DNA of 64,000 nucleotides from Bacilli bacterium. Lineage in GTDB: Bacteria; Bacillota_I; Bacilli_A; RFN20; UBA1709. Positions 1-9,931 of this stretch are shown piece after piece (position 1 is the first letter of the stretch; every line of letters starts with the position of its first letter). A program made the position numbers and the translations under genes. Under the pieces are notes generated by a model. That model was given only the letters and a program-made list of their open reading frames with translations. It searched no databases and was not told the DNA's origin. The stretch covers positions 6,358 through 70,357 of the forward strand of contig JAZRXY010000012.1 in NCBI GenBank assembly GCA_045600465.1. The letters are read 5' to 3'.

Positions 1-2149
1 TCGATATGGGGCAGTACCAATTGAGTTTGTTCACGATATTCAAGAATATTTGTCTCGTGCTTCTAAAGGTGCAATGTTATTCCCAGAAGAGTTATACCGT
101 ATCGCAAGTCAATATGATGGAATAAGTAAAGTCCAATCTTTTGCTAGCCAAATAGTAGAAGAAAATATTGATAACTTTAAATATTTAGCCAATTCATTAA
201 ATCCAGTTAAAGAATTAAAAAAAGAAGTTGATAGATGTATTTCTCCTAACTTTTTAATCTATGATCATGCTTCAACTACTTTAGCAAATATTAGAAAAGA
301 AATTGTAAAAAAAGAAGGAGAAGTAAGAGGAAAACTAGAATCATATATTAGAAAACATAGCGATAAACTAAGTGATAGTTTAATCACAGTTAGAAATGAT
401 CGATTAGTAATTCCGCTCAAAGCTCAATTTAAATATATTTTTGGTGGTATTATTCATGATCAAAGTGATAGTGGTCAAACTTTCTATGTTGAACCAGAAG
501 AAATTGTCCAAATAAATTCAAAACTTCAACAACTTCATCATCAAGAGCAAGAAGAAGTTGAACGTATTTTGATGGCTTTAAGTGATATTGTAAGAGAATA
601 TCTAGAAGATTTAGAACAAAACCTAAAATTTTTAATTGAACTAGATTTCTTATTTGCTAAAGCAAAATATGGTAAAGAAATTGATGGTAAAGTCGCAACT
701 TTATCTAAGAAAAAAGAGGTTTATTTAATTAAAGCAAGACATCCTTTACTAGAAAGAAAAAGTGTGGTAGCTAATGATTTAATCTTAGGTGGAGAAAATA
801 ATTCACTGCTTTTAATAACAGGCCCTAACACTGGTGGTAAAACTGTTGTTTTAAAAACACTAGGATTACTTGTTATGATGAATCAAGCAGGACTAATTAT
901 TCCTGTTGATTTTGAAGCTAGACTTGGTGTATTTGATGATATCTTTGTTGATATAGGTGATGAACAAAGTATTGAACAAAACCTATCCACTTTCTCATCT
1001 CACTTATCTAAGATTATTGATATTACTAGTAAGGTTAATGCAAATTCCTTAGTACTTGTTGATGAACTAGGTGGCGGCACTGATCCTAAAGAGGGTGAAG
1101 CACTAGCTATGGCAATTCTAGATTACTTCCATTCTAGATCTGCCAATGTTTTAGCAACGACTCACTATTCAAATCTTAAAACATTTGCAATTGATGTTGG
1201 TTATATCACCAATACATCTATGGTTTTTGATGAAGAAAAACTAAAACCTACATATCGTATGATTTATGGAGTTCCTGGTAAATCTTATGCTTTTACTATT
1301 TCTAGAAGATTAGGTCTATCTAATTCAATTGTTGAAAAAGCTAAAGATTATGAAAAACATTTTAGTAGTGAAAATGATACTTTAATTGAAAAACTACAAA
1401 AAAAGCTTCAAGAAGCCGATAAGATTAAGCAAGATTTATTCTTAAAAGAAGAAGAATTAAATAAGAAACTAGAAAAACAAGAAAAACTAAACAAATCTTT
1501 AATAGAAAAACAAGAAGATTTAATCGCTAATTCCCATGAAAGAATTGATGAACTCGTTTTGTCTGCTAAAGAAGAAATCGATAAAATCATGGAAGAAATT
1601 AAGATTCGTCCATCAAGCGAAGTTAAACTTCATGAATGGATTGCAGCTAAGAAAAGACTTCAAGATGTTTCTGTATTTGAAATTGATGAAGAAAAGAAGG
1701 AGTCAAAAGACTTTGAAGTTGGCGATAGTGTCTATATCTTAAAACTAAATAGAACAGGTAAAATTACTCGTAAAAAGGGAGATATTTACACAATTGATAT
1801 TGGTAAGATGAGTGTAGATATGAATGGTAGTGATTTATCAATTCACCATGAAACAAAGAAAGAAAATAAGATTGAAATTAAAGCTTTTGCAAGACCTACT
1901 CCTATTAAACCAGAATGTAACTTAATAGGTCTTCATGTTGATGAAGCACTTTTAGAATTACAAAAATATATCGATAATGCTTTGATGTTACATATGAATG
2001 AAGTAAGAATTGTTCATGGTTATGGTACAGGAGCATTAAGACAAGCAGTTCATAAATATTTAGATAAACAACCTTATGTTGATTCTTATAGATTAGGGGG
2101 AGAAGGCGAGGGCTTATTTGGAGCTACTGTCGTCAAATTCAAGAAGTAA
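1..2149 (+). CDS. mutS2: MutS2 endonuclease, 5'-truncated at window edge; Smr domain at the C-terminus
   Basis: The reading frame is open from nt 2. Walker A motif GPNTGGKT. C-terminal Smr-like motifs (LHVDEAL ... IVHGYGTGALR). Stop at 2147-2149 overlaps the uvrC ATG. Confidence 0.85.
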   Translation, partial: RYGAVPIEFVHDIQEYLSRASKGAMLFPEELYRIASQYDGISKVQSFASQIVEENIDNFKYLANSLNPVKELKKEVDRCISPNFLIYDHASTTLANIRKEIVKKEGEVRGKLESYIRKHSDKLSDSLITVRNDRLVIPLKAQFKYIFGGIIHDQSDSGQTFYVEPEEIVQINSKLQQLHHQEQEEVERILMALSDIVREYLEDLEQNLKFLIELDFLFAKAKYGKEIDGKVATLSKKKEVYLIKARHPLLERKSVVANDLILGGENNSLLLITGPNTGGKTVVLKTLGLLVMMNQAGLIIPVDFEARLGVFDDIFVDIGDEQSIEQNLSTFSSHLSKIIDITSKVNANSLVLVDELGGGTDPKEGEALAMAILDYFHSRSANVLATTHYSNLKTFAIDVGYITNTSMVFDEEKLKPTYRMIYGVPGKSYAFTISRRLGLSNSIVEKAKDYEKHFSSENDTLIEKLQKKLQEADKIKQDLFLKEEELNKKLEKQEKLNKSLIEKQEDLIANSHERIDELVLSAKEEIDKIMEEIKIRPSSEVKLHEWIAAKKRLQDVSVFEIDEEKKESKDFEVGDSVYILKLNRTGKITRKKGDIYTIDIGKMSVDMNGSDLSIHHETKKENKIEIKAFARPTPIKPECNLIGLHVDEALLELQKYIDNALMLHMNEVRIVHGYGTGALRQAVHKYLDKQPYVDSYRLGGEGEGLFGATVVKFKK

Positions 2150-3900
2150 TGAAACCTTTAGTAGAAGAAAAACTAAAACTTTTAGATGGCGTCCCCGGAT
2201 GCTATTTAATGAAGAATGAAAATAATGAAGTAATTTATGTGGGTAAAGCTAAGAATTTAATCAATCGTGTAACCCAATATTTTACTCGACCTCATGAAGG
2301 TAAAACCCAAAAGATGGTCAATGATGTTTGTGATTTTGATTTTATTAGTGTTGCTAGTGAAAAAGAAGCTTTCTTATTAGAAATAAATCTAATTCATAAA
2401 TATATGCCTAAATACAATATTTTGTTAAAAGATGATAAAACTTATCCTTATATTGCAATTGATAAAAAAGATCATCCTTTTCTTAAAATTGCTCGTTCTA
2501 CAAAAGATAAGAAATGTGAATATTTTGGGCCTTATCCTAACTCTTCTAGTGCTTATGAAACTATTAATTTACTTAATAGACTATTTCCATTAAGAAAATG
2601 TAAAACATTACCAAAGAAAACTTGTTTATATTATGAACTTGGACAATGTCTAGGGCCTTGTGTAAACAAAGTTAACATAAAAGATTATGAAGAAAGTTTA
2701 AAACAAATAAGATCTTTTATGAATGGTAATATCTCTGAAGTTAAAGCAAATCTAGTTAAAAAGATGAAAGAAGCTAGTGAAAGACTAGAATTTGAAACTG
2801 CTAATGAATATAAAAAATCAATTGAATCCATTGATTATATTACAAAAAAACAAAGTATTATTAGCAATGATAAAATTGATAAAGATGTCTTTAGTTTTCA
2901 TGTATCAAATGACTATATTGCTTTTGCAACCTTAGTTATTAGAAGTGGATTACTTATTAGTTGTATTAGTGAAGTATTACCTCTTTATGGTAGTGTTGAA
3001 GATGCTTTAGCTAGTTATATTCTTCAATTTTATGAAAAGTATCAAGCACCAAAAGAAATTGTAGTTCCTAATTTTGAAGATATTGAAATACTTCAAGATT
3101 TATTAGAAGGAAAACTAATTGTTCCAAAACGTGGTATCAATGTGGAACTTATTGATATGGGTGTTAAAAATGCAATTAAAGCGATGGAAAAACACATCAT
3201 GATGAATGTAAGAGAAGATCAAGATTTAAATAATGTGTTAGAAGATTTAGCTAAAAGAATTAATGTTAAATCTACTAAAACAATTGAACTTATCGATAAC
3301 TCTCATATTAATGGTGATGCAAATGTCAGTGCCGTCGTAGTATTTGTTAATGGAATTGCTAACAAAAAAATGTATCGTAAATATCAAGTTAGTGATGAAA
3401 ATAAAGGTAATGATTTTGGCGCTATGAAAGAGGTCATGTATCGTAGATATTATCGTAAACTAAGCGAAAAACAAGCTTATTCTGATTTAATTCTTGTTGA
3501 TGGTGGAGTGGCACAAATTCATGCTGCTAAAGAAGCGTTAAATGAGTTAATGATTAATGTTCCAATCTATGGATTAGTTAAAGACAATAAACATACCACT
3601 AGAGCTATAGTTGATGAAAATAACAATGAAATAGATATTAGTGACAACAAAGCATTATTCTTTTTATTAACAAGAATGCAAGATGAAGTTCACCGCTTTG
3701 TTATTGATTACCATCGTTATAAAAAATCCAAATCAATGACATCTTCAATTTTAGATGATGTTAAAGGTTTAGGTGATAAACGTAAATCCTCACTAATTGC
3801 AGCCTTTGGTAGTATTGATAAAATAAAAGAAGCAAGTATTGATGAACTATCACAATTTGTTCCTAGAAGTGTTGCAAATGAATTAAAAAGCAAATTGTAG
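2149..3900 (+). CDS. uvrC: Excinuclease ABC subunit C
   Basis: N-terminal GIY-YIG motif (GCYLMKN...VIYVGKAKNL). UvrBC-interaction region. C-terminal RNaseH-like and HhH domains. Length 583 aa. Confidence 0.9.
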   Translation: MKPLVEEKLKLLDGVPGCYLMKNENNEVIYVGKAKNLINRVTQYFTRPHEGKTQKMVNDVCDFDFISVASEKEAFLLEINLIHKYMPKYNILLKDDKTYPYIAIDKKDHPFLKIARSTKDKKCEYFGPYPNSSSAYETINLLNRLFPLRKCKTLPKKTCLYYELGQCLGPCVNKVNIKDYEESLKQIRSFMNGNISEVKANLVKKMKEASERLEFETANEYKKSIESIDYITKKQSIISNDKIDKDVFSFHVSNDYIAFATLVIRSGLLISCISEVLPLYGSVEDALASYILQFYEKYQAPKEIVVPNFEDIEILQDLLEGKLIVPKRGINVELIDMGVKNAIKAMEKHIMMNVREDQDLNNVLEDLAKRINVKSTKTIELIDNSHINGDANVSAVVVFVNGIANKKMYRKYQVSDENKGNDFGAMKEVMYRRYYRKLSEKQAYSDLILVDGGVAQIHAAKEALNELMINVPIYGLVKDNKHTTRAIVDENNNEIDISDNKALFFLLTRMQDEVHRFVIDYHRYKKSKSMTSSILDDVKGLGDKRKSSLIAAFGSIDKIKEASIDELSQFVPRSVANELKSKL

Positions 3901-3970
3901 TAGATTTTTAGGCTAAAATATTAATTAATAGTTGATATTTCAAGCCTAAAAGTTTATTATAATATTGCGT

Positions 3971-4048
3971 GTCCAATTAGCTCAGCCCGGATAGAGCAAC
4001 AGCCTTCTAAGCTGTGGGTCACAGGTTCGAATCCTGTATTGGACGCCA
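3971..4048 (+). tRNA. tRNA-Arg (anticodon TCT)
   Basis: Hand-folded cloverleaf: acceptor GTCCAAT/ATTGGAC, D arm GCTC...GAGC, anticodon stem ACAGC/GCTGT with loop CTTCTAA, T arm ACAGG-TTCGAAT-CCTGT, discriminator G, encoded CCA. A TATAAT lies just upstream. Confidence 0.85.
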
Positions 4049-4188
4049 TTTTTATTTTAATTGCAAAAAAGGCCCGATTATATGGGCTTCTTGCATCTTT
4101 AATACATTATAGTTTTTTGACATACCTACTTACATAAAATGAGTAAAAATTAAGTTTAATGATTATGTATATATAAAGTGTTTATGTT

Positions 4189-4764
4189 TTGATTATAAAT
4201 ATTTCATATTATTTTATGGAAAGGGAAGTTATATTGGTCGAATTACAATCTATTAGAAAAGTGTTAAATCACTTTGTTAGTAATAAAAGTTTTGAAAAAA
4301 CAGTTAAGAAAGTATTAAAAAGGAAGTATGATGCTAACGATGCGGTTTTAGTCTTAGAAACAACACCTAAAGTTTTTATAGATTTGGGGTTTAATAATTA
4401 TCCCATGCTTATGACCCAAAAACATATAAAAGGAGCTGTTGGTGAAAAAATAAGTCGTGGCCACTCTCATGAAATAGACAAAAAAGTGTTATATGAACTA
4501 CCAAGTTTATTAGAACATCCACTACTGATTGCTAAAAGTCTTAGTAATGATGTGGATAGAGAAAATTCATTTATAGCGATACTAGAGGCTAAGGACAAAA
4601 ATAATGATCCATTGCTGGTTGCTATAAGAAAGAATGGAAAAGGTTATATTAACAAATTAGAGTTAGATACAAACTTTATTAAGAGTGTATATGGGAAAAG
4701 AAATTATAAAAAATTCTACCAACAATTGGTAGAAAATAATGTTATTTTGTATAAAAAAAGATGA
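4189..4764 (+). CDS. Hypothetical protein (orphan; no family recognised), immediately downstream of tRNA-Arg
   Basis: 191-codon ORF with typical codon usage. The true start is uncertain: TTG at 4189, ATG at 4216, or TTG at 4234 preceded by GGAAAGGGAAG. Contains RGHSHE and NGKGY motifs. Ends with TGA at 4762-4764. Confidence 0.5.
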   Translation: MIINISYYFMEREVILVELQSIRKVLNHFVSNKSFEKTVKKVLKRKYDANDAVLVLETTPKVFIDLGFNNYPMLMTQKHIKGAVGEKISRGHSHEIDKKVLYELPSLLEHPLLIAKSLSNDVDRENSFIAILEAKDKNNDPLLVAIRKNGKGYINKLELDTNFIKSVYGKRNYKKFYQQLVENNVILYKKR

Positions 4765-4856
4765 TACCAATCCCAGCGCTACAATCGCACAGCAACCAAT
4801 ACCATCTACAACTATTATATCAAATAAATAATGTATGGCAACATGTATGTTGAGCG
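4753..4856. repeat. Direct repeat copy A (about 105 bp, the degenerate copy) of an intergenic element
   Basis: aaaaaaagatgataccaatcccagcgctacaatcgcacagcaaccaataccatctacaactattatatcaaataaataatgtatggcaacatgtatgttgagcg is about 92% identical to copy B. Its 5' end overlaps the last codons of the preceding ORF. Confidence 0.7.
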
Positions 4857-4933
4857 TTAATATAACAAAATAAACACAATTGTATAAGAATATGCTTAAT
4901 AAATAATAACTATAGAAAGAAATGCTAGATTGC

Positions 4934-5037
4934 AAAAAAAGATGATATCAATCCCAGCGCTCCAATCGCGAAGCAACCAATATCATCTACGACTATTATA
5001 TCAAATAAATAATGTATGTCAACATGCATGTTGACAA
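4934..5037. repeat. Direct repeat copy B (the intact copy)
   Basis: Contains a perfect 8-bp inverted repeat GATGATAT...ATATCATC (4941-4948 / 4980-4987) around a 31-nt GC-richer loop. Also contains a perfect 20-bp palindrome TGTCAACATGCATGTTGACA (5017-5036). Confidence 0.7.
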
Positions 5038-5130
5038 TGAAATGATAAGAAAAAGTAAGTTATTTATTGACCAAATCACTTATTTACATCATTTTATTGT
5101 GTTATAATAGAAAAGAGGAGTGTGAATAAA

Positions 5131-6081
5131 ATGGATGAAGCACTACTAAAGAAAATTAATGAATTAATTGATGATGCACATTTTGAAGATGCTCTTGATT
5201 TACTAAACAATGAAAAAGATCCAAATGCAGACCTTCAAAAGATAATTTGTTATGTTGGATTAAAGGAATATAATAAAGCAATTGAGTTAGCTAATGAAGC
5301 ATTAAAAGATGAACAGAATCAATACTATTACGATATATTATCATTGTATGTTGTTTCTTTGATCGAAACTCATCAAGATGAAGCCGCAATTGATGTATTA
5401 AAAAAAGAGTTAGAAATGCCATTTATTCCTCATGAATTTGAGCCTTTCTTTAAAGATACATATGATAAATTGCTTAAAAAGCAAAAAGGAGAAAAAGTTG
5501 AGCGTTCTCCATATGATTTGTTAAGTGATGATGAATTAAATGAAATGCTAATAACCACTAGAAATACTGAAGAATTAGCACTTGCCATTTATCAAACTCA
5601 TTCAAGAAATATTAGAAATTTCCTAGCAAGTTTAGAAGTTATTTTGATGGACACATCAATCCCTGCTTACTTAAAAACTATCGTATTAGAGTTACTTCAT
5701 GAACAAAATGTTAGTGAAGAATTTGAATATCATAGTAAAGACTATGTTACTAGAATTTATCCTGATAAATTAACACCTTTATTTGAAACACCTTCTTTTA
5801 AAGTAATCAGCACTATTTTAAAAGAAAAAGTAGGAAGTGATGATGTTTCACTAGCCGATATTTCTTATCAAATAATGGCTTCTATTTTAGCGGGAGTATA
5901 TCCTAGAGAAATTAGTGAACTTGAATATGATGCTATCGCAGCTTCTATCTATAAACTAGCTAATGAAATGTTAGGCTACAAGTTAGAAGATCAAGATATC
6001 ATTGATTTATTCAATATTGAAAAGCCCGAACTTGATGTTTACTATGTAAAAATCAAACAATTAAACAATTTAGAAGCATAA
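5131..6081 (+). CDS. Hypothetical alpha-helical (TPR-like) protein at the position of B. subtilis ysoA, upstream of tig
   Basis: RBS AAGAGGAG 9 nt before the ATG at 5131. The ORF track starts it at GTG 5122. Repeat-rich helical sequence. Assignment rests on synteny only. Confidence 0.55.
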   Translation: MDEALLKKINELIDDAHFEDALDLLNNEKDPNADLQKIICYVGLKEYNKAIELANEALKDEQNQYYYDILSLYVVSLIETHQDEAAIDVLKKELEMPFIPHEFEPFFKDTYDKLLKKQKGEKVERSPYDLLSDDELNEMLITTRNTEELALAIYQTHSRNIRNFLASLEVILMDTSIPAYLKTIVLELLHEQNVSEEFEYHSKDYVTRIYPDKLTPLFETPSFKVISTILKEKVGSDDVSLADISYQIMASILAGVYPREISELEYDAIAASIYKLANEMLGYKLEDQDIIDLFNIEKPELDVYYVKIKQLNNLEA

Positions 6082-6106
6082 AACAGCACTGATTTGCTGT
6101 TTTTTC
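6082..6106 (+). terminator. Rho-independent terminator
   Basis: AACAGCA-ctgatt-TGCTGTT followed by TTTTT directly after the stop. Confidence 0.6.
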
Positions 6107-6198
6107 GTTAATAATTAAATATTATATATCATAATATTTGATTAAATGGTTTTCTTGTGCTAAAATAATGCTTGCGTAAATACGAGGAGGACTTATTT

Positions 6199-7482
6199 AT
6201 GAAATTAGAATTAAAAAAGGTCACTGATGCCATTACAAATGTTAAAGTCACATTTGAAACAGAAGAATGGATTAAGGCACAAGATTCAGCTTATGAAAAA
6301 CTAGCAAAAGATATTGAAGTTAAAGGATTTAGAAAAGGCGAAGCTCCACTAGTAGTTGCTAAAAAACACATTGATACTTCAAAAGCAATGTCAACAGCAC
6401 TAGATATTATTATTCCTACAGGATTTAAGAAAATCTTAGCAGAAAATAAATTGGAAGTATTAATCCAACCAGCTGTCAATGTTGAAGAGATTTCAGCAGA
6501 TAAGCTAGTAGTAATGTACACATTTACAGCAAGACCTGAAGTAAAGTTAGGTACTTACAAAGGGATTAAGATTAAGAAGGAAGAAGTAAAAGTCACTGAA
6601 GAAGATATTAATGCAGAACTAAATGGCCTAGCATTAAAACTTGCTACATTAAGTGAAAAGAAAGGCGACAAAGTTGAAAAAGGCGACATCGTTAACTTCG
6701 ATTTCGAAGGTTACACAGATGGTAAAGCATTTGAAGGCGGAGCTGCTGAAAACTATGAACTAGAAGTTGGCTCAAACATGTTTATTCCAGGATTTGAAGA
6801 TCAATTAATTGGTAAGAAAGTCGGAGAAAGATGTGAAATCAAAGTCAAGTTCCCAGAAAACTATGTCAAAGAATTAGCTGGTAAAGACGCAACATTTAAA
6901 ATTTTTATTCACTCAATCAAAGTTAAGAATATCCCAGCAATTGATGATGAACTAGCAAAAGATGCACAAATCAAAGGTGTTGAAACACTAGCTCAACTAA
7001 AAGAAACAATTAAGAAAGCTGTAAGCGCAAAAAAAGCAGCAGATGCTGATAAATTAGGATTTAACCTATTAGTTCAACAAATCGTTAAAGGTTCAAAACT
7101 AACAGTTCCAGAAACTGTTATCGCTAGAGACCTAGACTTTGCATTCAGAAACTTCGTAAAAGGTGTTGAAGATAAAGGTATTCCATTCCAAAAATACTGT
7201 GAAGTATCAGGGGATAGTGAAGCAAAGATTAAAGAAAGACTAAAAGGCGAAGTTGAAGAAAACTTAAAAGCAGTATTTGTTCTTTCAGAAATTGCTAAAG
7301 AAAACAAAATCGTTGTTGAAGCAAAAGACGTTGATGAAGAATTAGACAAAATTGCTAAACAATACAATGTTGATTTAGAAACTGTTAAGAAAACATTCGA
7401 AAACAACATGGGAGAACTAACAAATAGATTATTCACAAGAAAAATTGGCGAATATCTAAGAAGTGTTAACACTGTTGAATAA
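6199..7482 (+). CDS. tig: Trigger factor (ribosome-associated PPIase chaperone)
   Basis: RBS GAGGAGGA before the ATG at 6199. FKBP-type PPIase core (GDIVNFDFEGY...FIPGFEDQLIG). Length about 427 aa. Confidence 0.9.
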   Translation: MKLELKKVTDAITNVKVTFETEEWIKAQDSAYEKLAKDIEVKGFRKGEAPLVVAKKHIDTSKAMSTALDIIIPTGFKKILAENKLEVLIQPAVNVEEISADKLVVMYTFTARPEVKLGTYKGIKIKKEEVKVTEEDINAELNGLALKLATLSEKKGDKVEKGDIVNFDFEGYTDGKAFEGGAAENYELEVGSNMFIPGFEDQLIGKKVGERCEIKVKFPENYVKELAGKDATFKIFIHSIKVKNIPAIDDELAKDAQIKGVETLAQLKETIKKAVSAKKAADADKLGFNLLVQQIVKGSKLTVPETVIARDLDFAFRNFVKGVEDKGIPFQKYCEVSGDSEAKIKERLKGEVEENLKAVFVLSEIAKENKIVVEAKDVDEELDKIAKQYNVDLETVKKTFENNMGELTNRLFTRKIGEYLRSVNTVE

Positions 7483-7491
7483 TTTAAATGA

Positions 7492-7515
7492 AAAAGGCGC
7501 TAAGCGTCTTTTTTC
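7492..7515 (+). terminator. Probable rho-independent terminator of tig
   Basis: GGCGCtaaGCGTC (with one G-U pair) followed by TTTTTT. Confidence 0.5.
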
Positions 7516-7535
7516 TACTATAAGGAGATGAGATT

Positions 7536-9929
7536 ATGAGCGATAAAATCGGAGCAAATGATGAAATTGTAAAAACAGCAAATGGGGAAGAAGCAATCAA
7601 AATAAAAGATGAAGAACCAGTTAAAATTCCAATAGTCTTTACTAGAGGAATGGTTTTATTCCCAAGTGTTGAAAATATCTTAGATGTTGGACGTAAAAAA
7701 AGCTTAAATGCTATTTTACATGGGCAACACAACACAAATAACATAATTGCTATTTTTGCTCAAAAAGAACCAGAAACAGAAATTCCTACTATCAAAGATG
7801 TCTATGATGTAGGTATTTTAGCTCGTATCAAATCAGTTAGAAATAACAATGATGGCAGTCAAAGAGTAGTAGTTGTTGGTATTTCAAGAATTAAATTAAT
7901 GGAATTAATACAAACAAACACTCTTGATGTTGGCGTTATTGCAACTCTTGAAAATGAATTTGGTGATAAAAACAAAGAAATAGCTCTAGTTAGAACATTA
8001 TTAAAAAATGTTGAAAAACTAGCTGCTAAAAACCCTGATAGAACACTAACTATGATTGAACAATTAAGTGGGGAAATCGAAGCTGATGTTTTAGCAGATA
8101 CTATCGCTAACTATTTCATGGCACCATTTGATAAAAAGCAAGAAATACTAGAGGCATTAAACGTAAACGATCGTATTGAAAAGATTATTAACGCTATCAA
8201 TACTGAACAAGTAATCGCAGGATTAGAAGAAGAAATCAACCAAAAGGTTAGAGAAAAGATGGATGCTAGCCAAAGAGAATACGTTTTAAGAGAAAAACTA
8301 AGAACTATCAAAGAAGAACTAGGAGATACTCCAAGTAAAGATGATGATAGTGATGAAATAAGACGGAAGATTGAAGAAGAACCATATCCTGAAAACATTA
8401 AGGAAAAACTAAGGGATGAACTAAAACGTTATGAAATGATGCCTCCAGCTAGCGCAGAATCAAGCGTTATTCGCACATATATGGATTGGGTAATGCAAAT
8501 TCCATGGTGGCAAAAAAGTGAAGATAATGACGATTTAAATAACGTAGAAAAGGTTTTAAATGATGATCACTATGGCCTAGATAAACCAAAAGAAAGAATT
8601 TTGGAATATTTAGCAGTTAAAAAGTTAACTTCATCATTAAAAGCTCCTGTTATTTGTTTTAGTGGTCCTCCAGGAACTGGTAAAACTTCACTTGCTATTT
8701 CTATTGCCCATGCACTAGAAAGAAAGTTTGTTAAAGTTTCTCTAGGTGGCGTAAAAGATGAAGCAGAAATTAGAGGGCATAGAAGAACATATTTAGGTTC
8801 AATGCCTGGAAGAATCATTCAAGGAATGAAAAAAGCAGGAGTAGTAAACCCTGTATTCTTACTTGATGAAATTGATAAAGTTGGCGCTGATTATAAAGGT
8901 GATCCATCTAACGCTTTACTAGAAGTATTAGACCCAGAACAAAACAAAGCTTTTGGTGATAACTACATTGAAGAAACTTATGATTTATCTAATGTTTTAT
9001 TCATTGCTACAGCAAACTATCTAGAAGATATTCCTGGTCCATTAAAAGATAGACTAGAAATTATTGAACTATCTTCCTACACTGAAGAAGAAAAACTAAA
9101 TATTGCTCAAAAACATCTAGTTAAAAAACAAATAAAAGAGAATGGTTTACAAAAGAGTAAAGTAAGTTTTAGTGATGAAGCAATTCTTTATATTATTCGA
9201 AACTATACTCGTGAAGCAGGAGTTAGAAATCTTGAAAGAAAGATTGGCACAATTTGTCGCAAAATTGGCGTTAAAATCGTTAAAACTGGTCAAAATAGGA
9301 AAGTTGCTGTTACTCCTAAGAAGGTTAAAGAATATCTTGGAAAAGAAATATTTGAATATGCTAAGAAAGAAAAGTTTGACCAAGTTGGTGTTACAACAGG
9401 CCTAGCTTATACTCAATATGGTGGAGACATTCTTCCAGTTGAAGTTGTTACATTCAATGGTAAAGGCGCAATTAATATTACCGGTAATCTAGGTAATGTT
9501 ATGAAAGAATCAGCAAGTATTGCGATGGGTTATGTTAAAGCCAATGCTGAAAAATATGGTATTGATCCTAGCGTATTTGAAAAGAAAGATATTCATATCC
9601 ATTGTCCAGAAGGAGCAATTCCTAAAGATGGACCTAGTGCTGGTGTAACTATTGCAACATCAATTATTTCTGCACTAACTAACAAGGCAGTAAGACAAGA
9701 TATTGCAATGACTGGTGAAATCACATTAAGAGGAAATGTTTTACCTATCGGTGGATTAAAAGAAAAATCAATTGGTGCTCATCGTAGTGGTATCAAAGAA
9801 ATTTTAATTCCATATGAAAATGAAAAAGATATAGATGAAATTCCTGAATCAATTAGAAAAGATATGAAGATTCATTTAATCAAACACATTTCGCAAATTA
9901 TTGATTTAGTACTTGTTAAAGGGAAGTAA
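7536..9929 (+). CDS. lon: ATP-dependent Lon protease (LonA)
   Basis: Lon N domain, AAA+ Walker A GPPGTGKTS, and a protease domain with the catalytic Ser in PKDGPSAGV and the Lys of the dyad. Length 797 aa. Confidence 0.92.
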   Translation: MSDKIGANDEIVKTANGEEAIKIKDEEPVKIPIVFTRGMVLFPSVENILDVGRKKSLNAILHGQHNTNNIIAIFAQKEPETEIPTIKDVYDVGILARIKSVRNNNDGSQRVVVVGISRIKLMELIQTNTLDVGVIATLENEFGDKNKEIALVRTLLKNVEKLAAKNPDRTLTMIEQLSGEIEADVLADTIANYFMAPFDKKQEILEALNVNDRIEKIINAINTEQVIAGLEEEINQKVREKMDASQREYVLREKLRTIKEELGDTPSKDDDSDEIRRKIEEEPYPENIKEKLRDELKRYEMMPPASAESSVIRTYMDWVMQIPWWQKSEDNDDLNNVEKVLNDDHYGLDKPKERILEYLAVKKLTSSLKAPVICFSGPPGTGKTSLAISIAHALERKFVKVSLGGVKDEAEIRGHRRTYLGSMPGRIIQGMKKAGVVNPVFLLDEIDKVGADYKGDPSNALLEVLDPEQNKAFGDNYIEETYDLSNVLFIATANYLEDIPGPLKDRLEIIELSSYTEEEKLNIAQKHLVKKQIKENGLQKSKVSFSDEAILYIIRNYTREAGVRNLERKIGTICRKIGVKIVKTGQNRKVAVTPKKVKEYLGKEIFEYAKKEKFDQVGVTTGLAYTQYGGDILPVEVVTFNGKGAINITGNLGNVMKESASIAMGYVKANAEKYGIDPSVFEKKDIHIHCPEGAIPKDGPSAGVTIATSIISALTNKAVRQDIAMTGEITLRGNVLPIGGLKEKSIGAHRSGIKEILIPYENEKDIDEIPESIRKDMKIHLIKHISQIIDLVLVKGK

Positions 9930-9931
9930 TT

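Noticed and set aside
1408-1742. Small ORFs 1408-1590 (-) and 1536-1742 (+) inside mutS2
   Set aside because: They lie within the MutS2 coiled-coil region. Lys/Glu-rich codon runs give open alternative frames. Neither has a start context. Same reasoning applies to the other antisense ORFs listed inside tig, lon, valS, secDF, apt, tkt, parE, parC, recN, dxs, xseA and the nucleotidase gene.
3905-3952. 10-bp imperfect inverted repeat TTTTTAGGCT...AGCCTAAAAG between uvrC and the tRNA as a terminator
   Set aside because: The loop is 28 nt, it is AT-rich, and no U-run follows immediately. It is more likely a chance palindrome or part of the tRNA promoter region. I kept it only as a note.
4826-5036. 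LexA (Cheo box) interpretation of the CAACAT..ATGTTG palindromes
   Set aside because: The Cheo box is GAAC-N4-GTTC. These sites are CAAC-N6-GTTG, with different half-site spacing and a C instead of a G. No lexA gene is in the window and dinB/recN carry no such site upstream.
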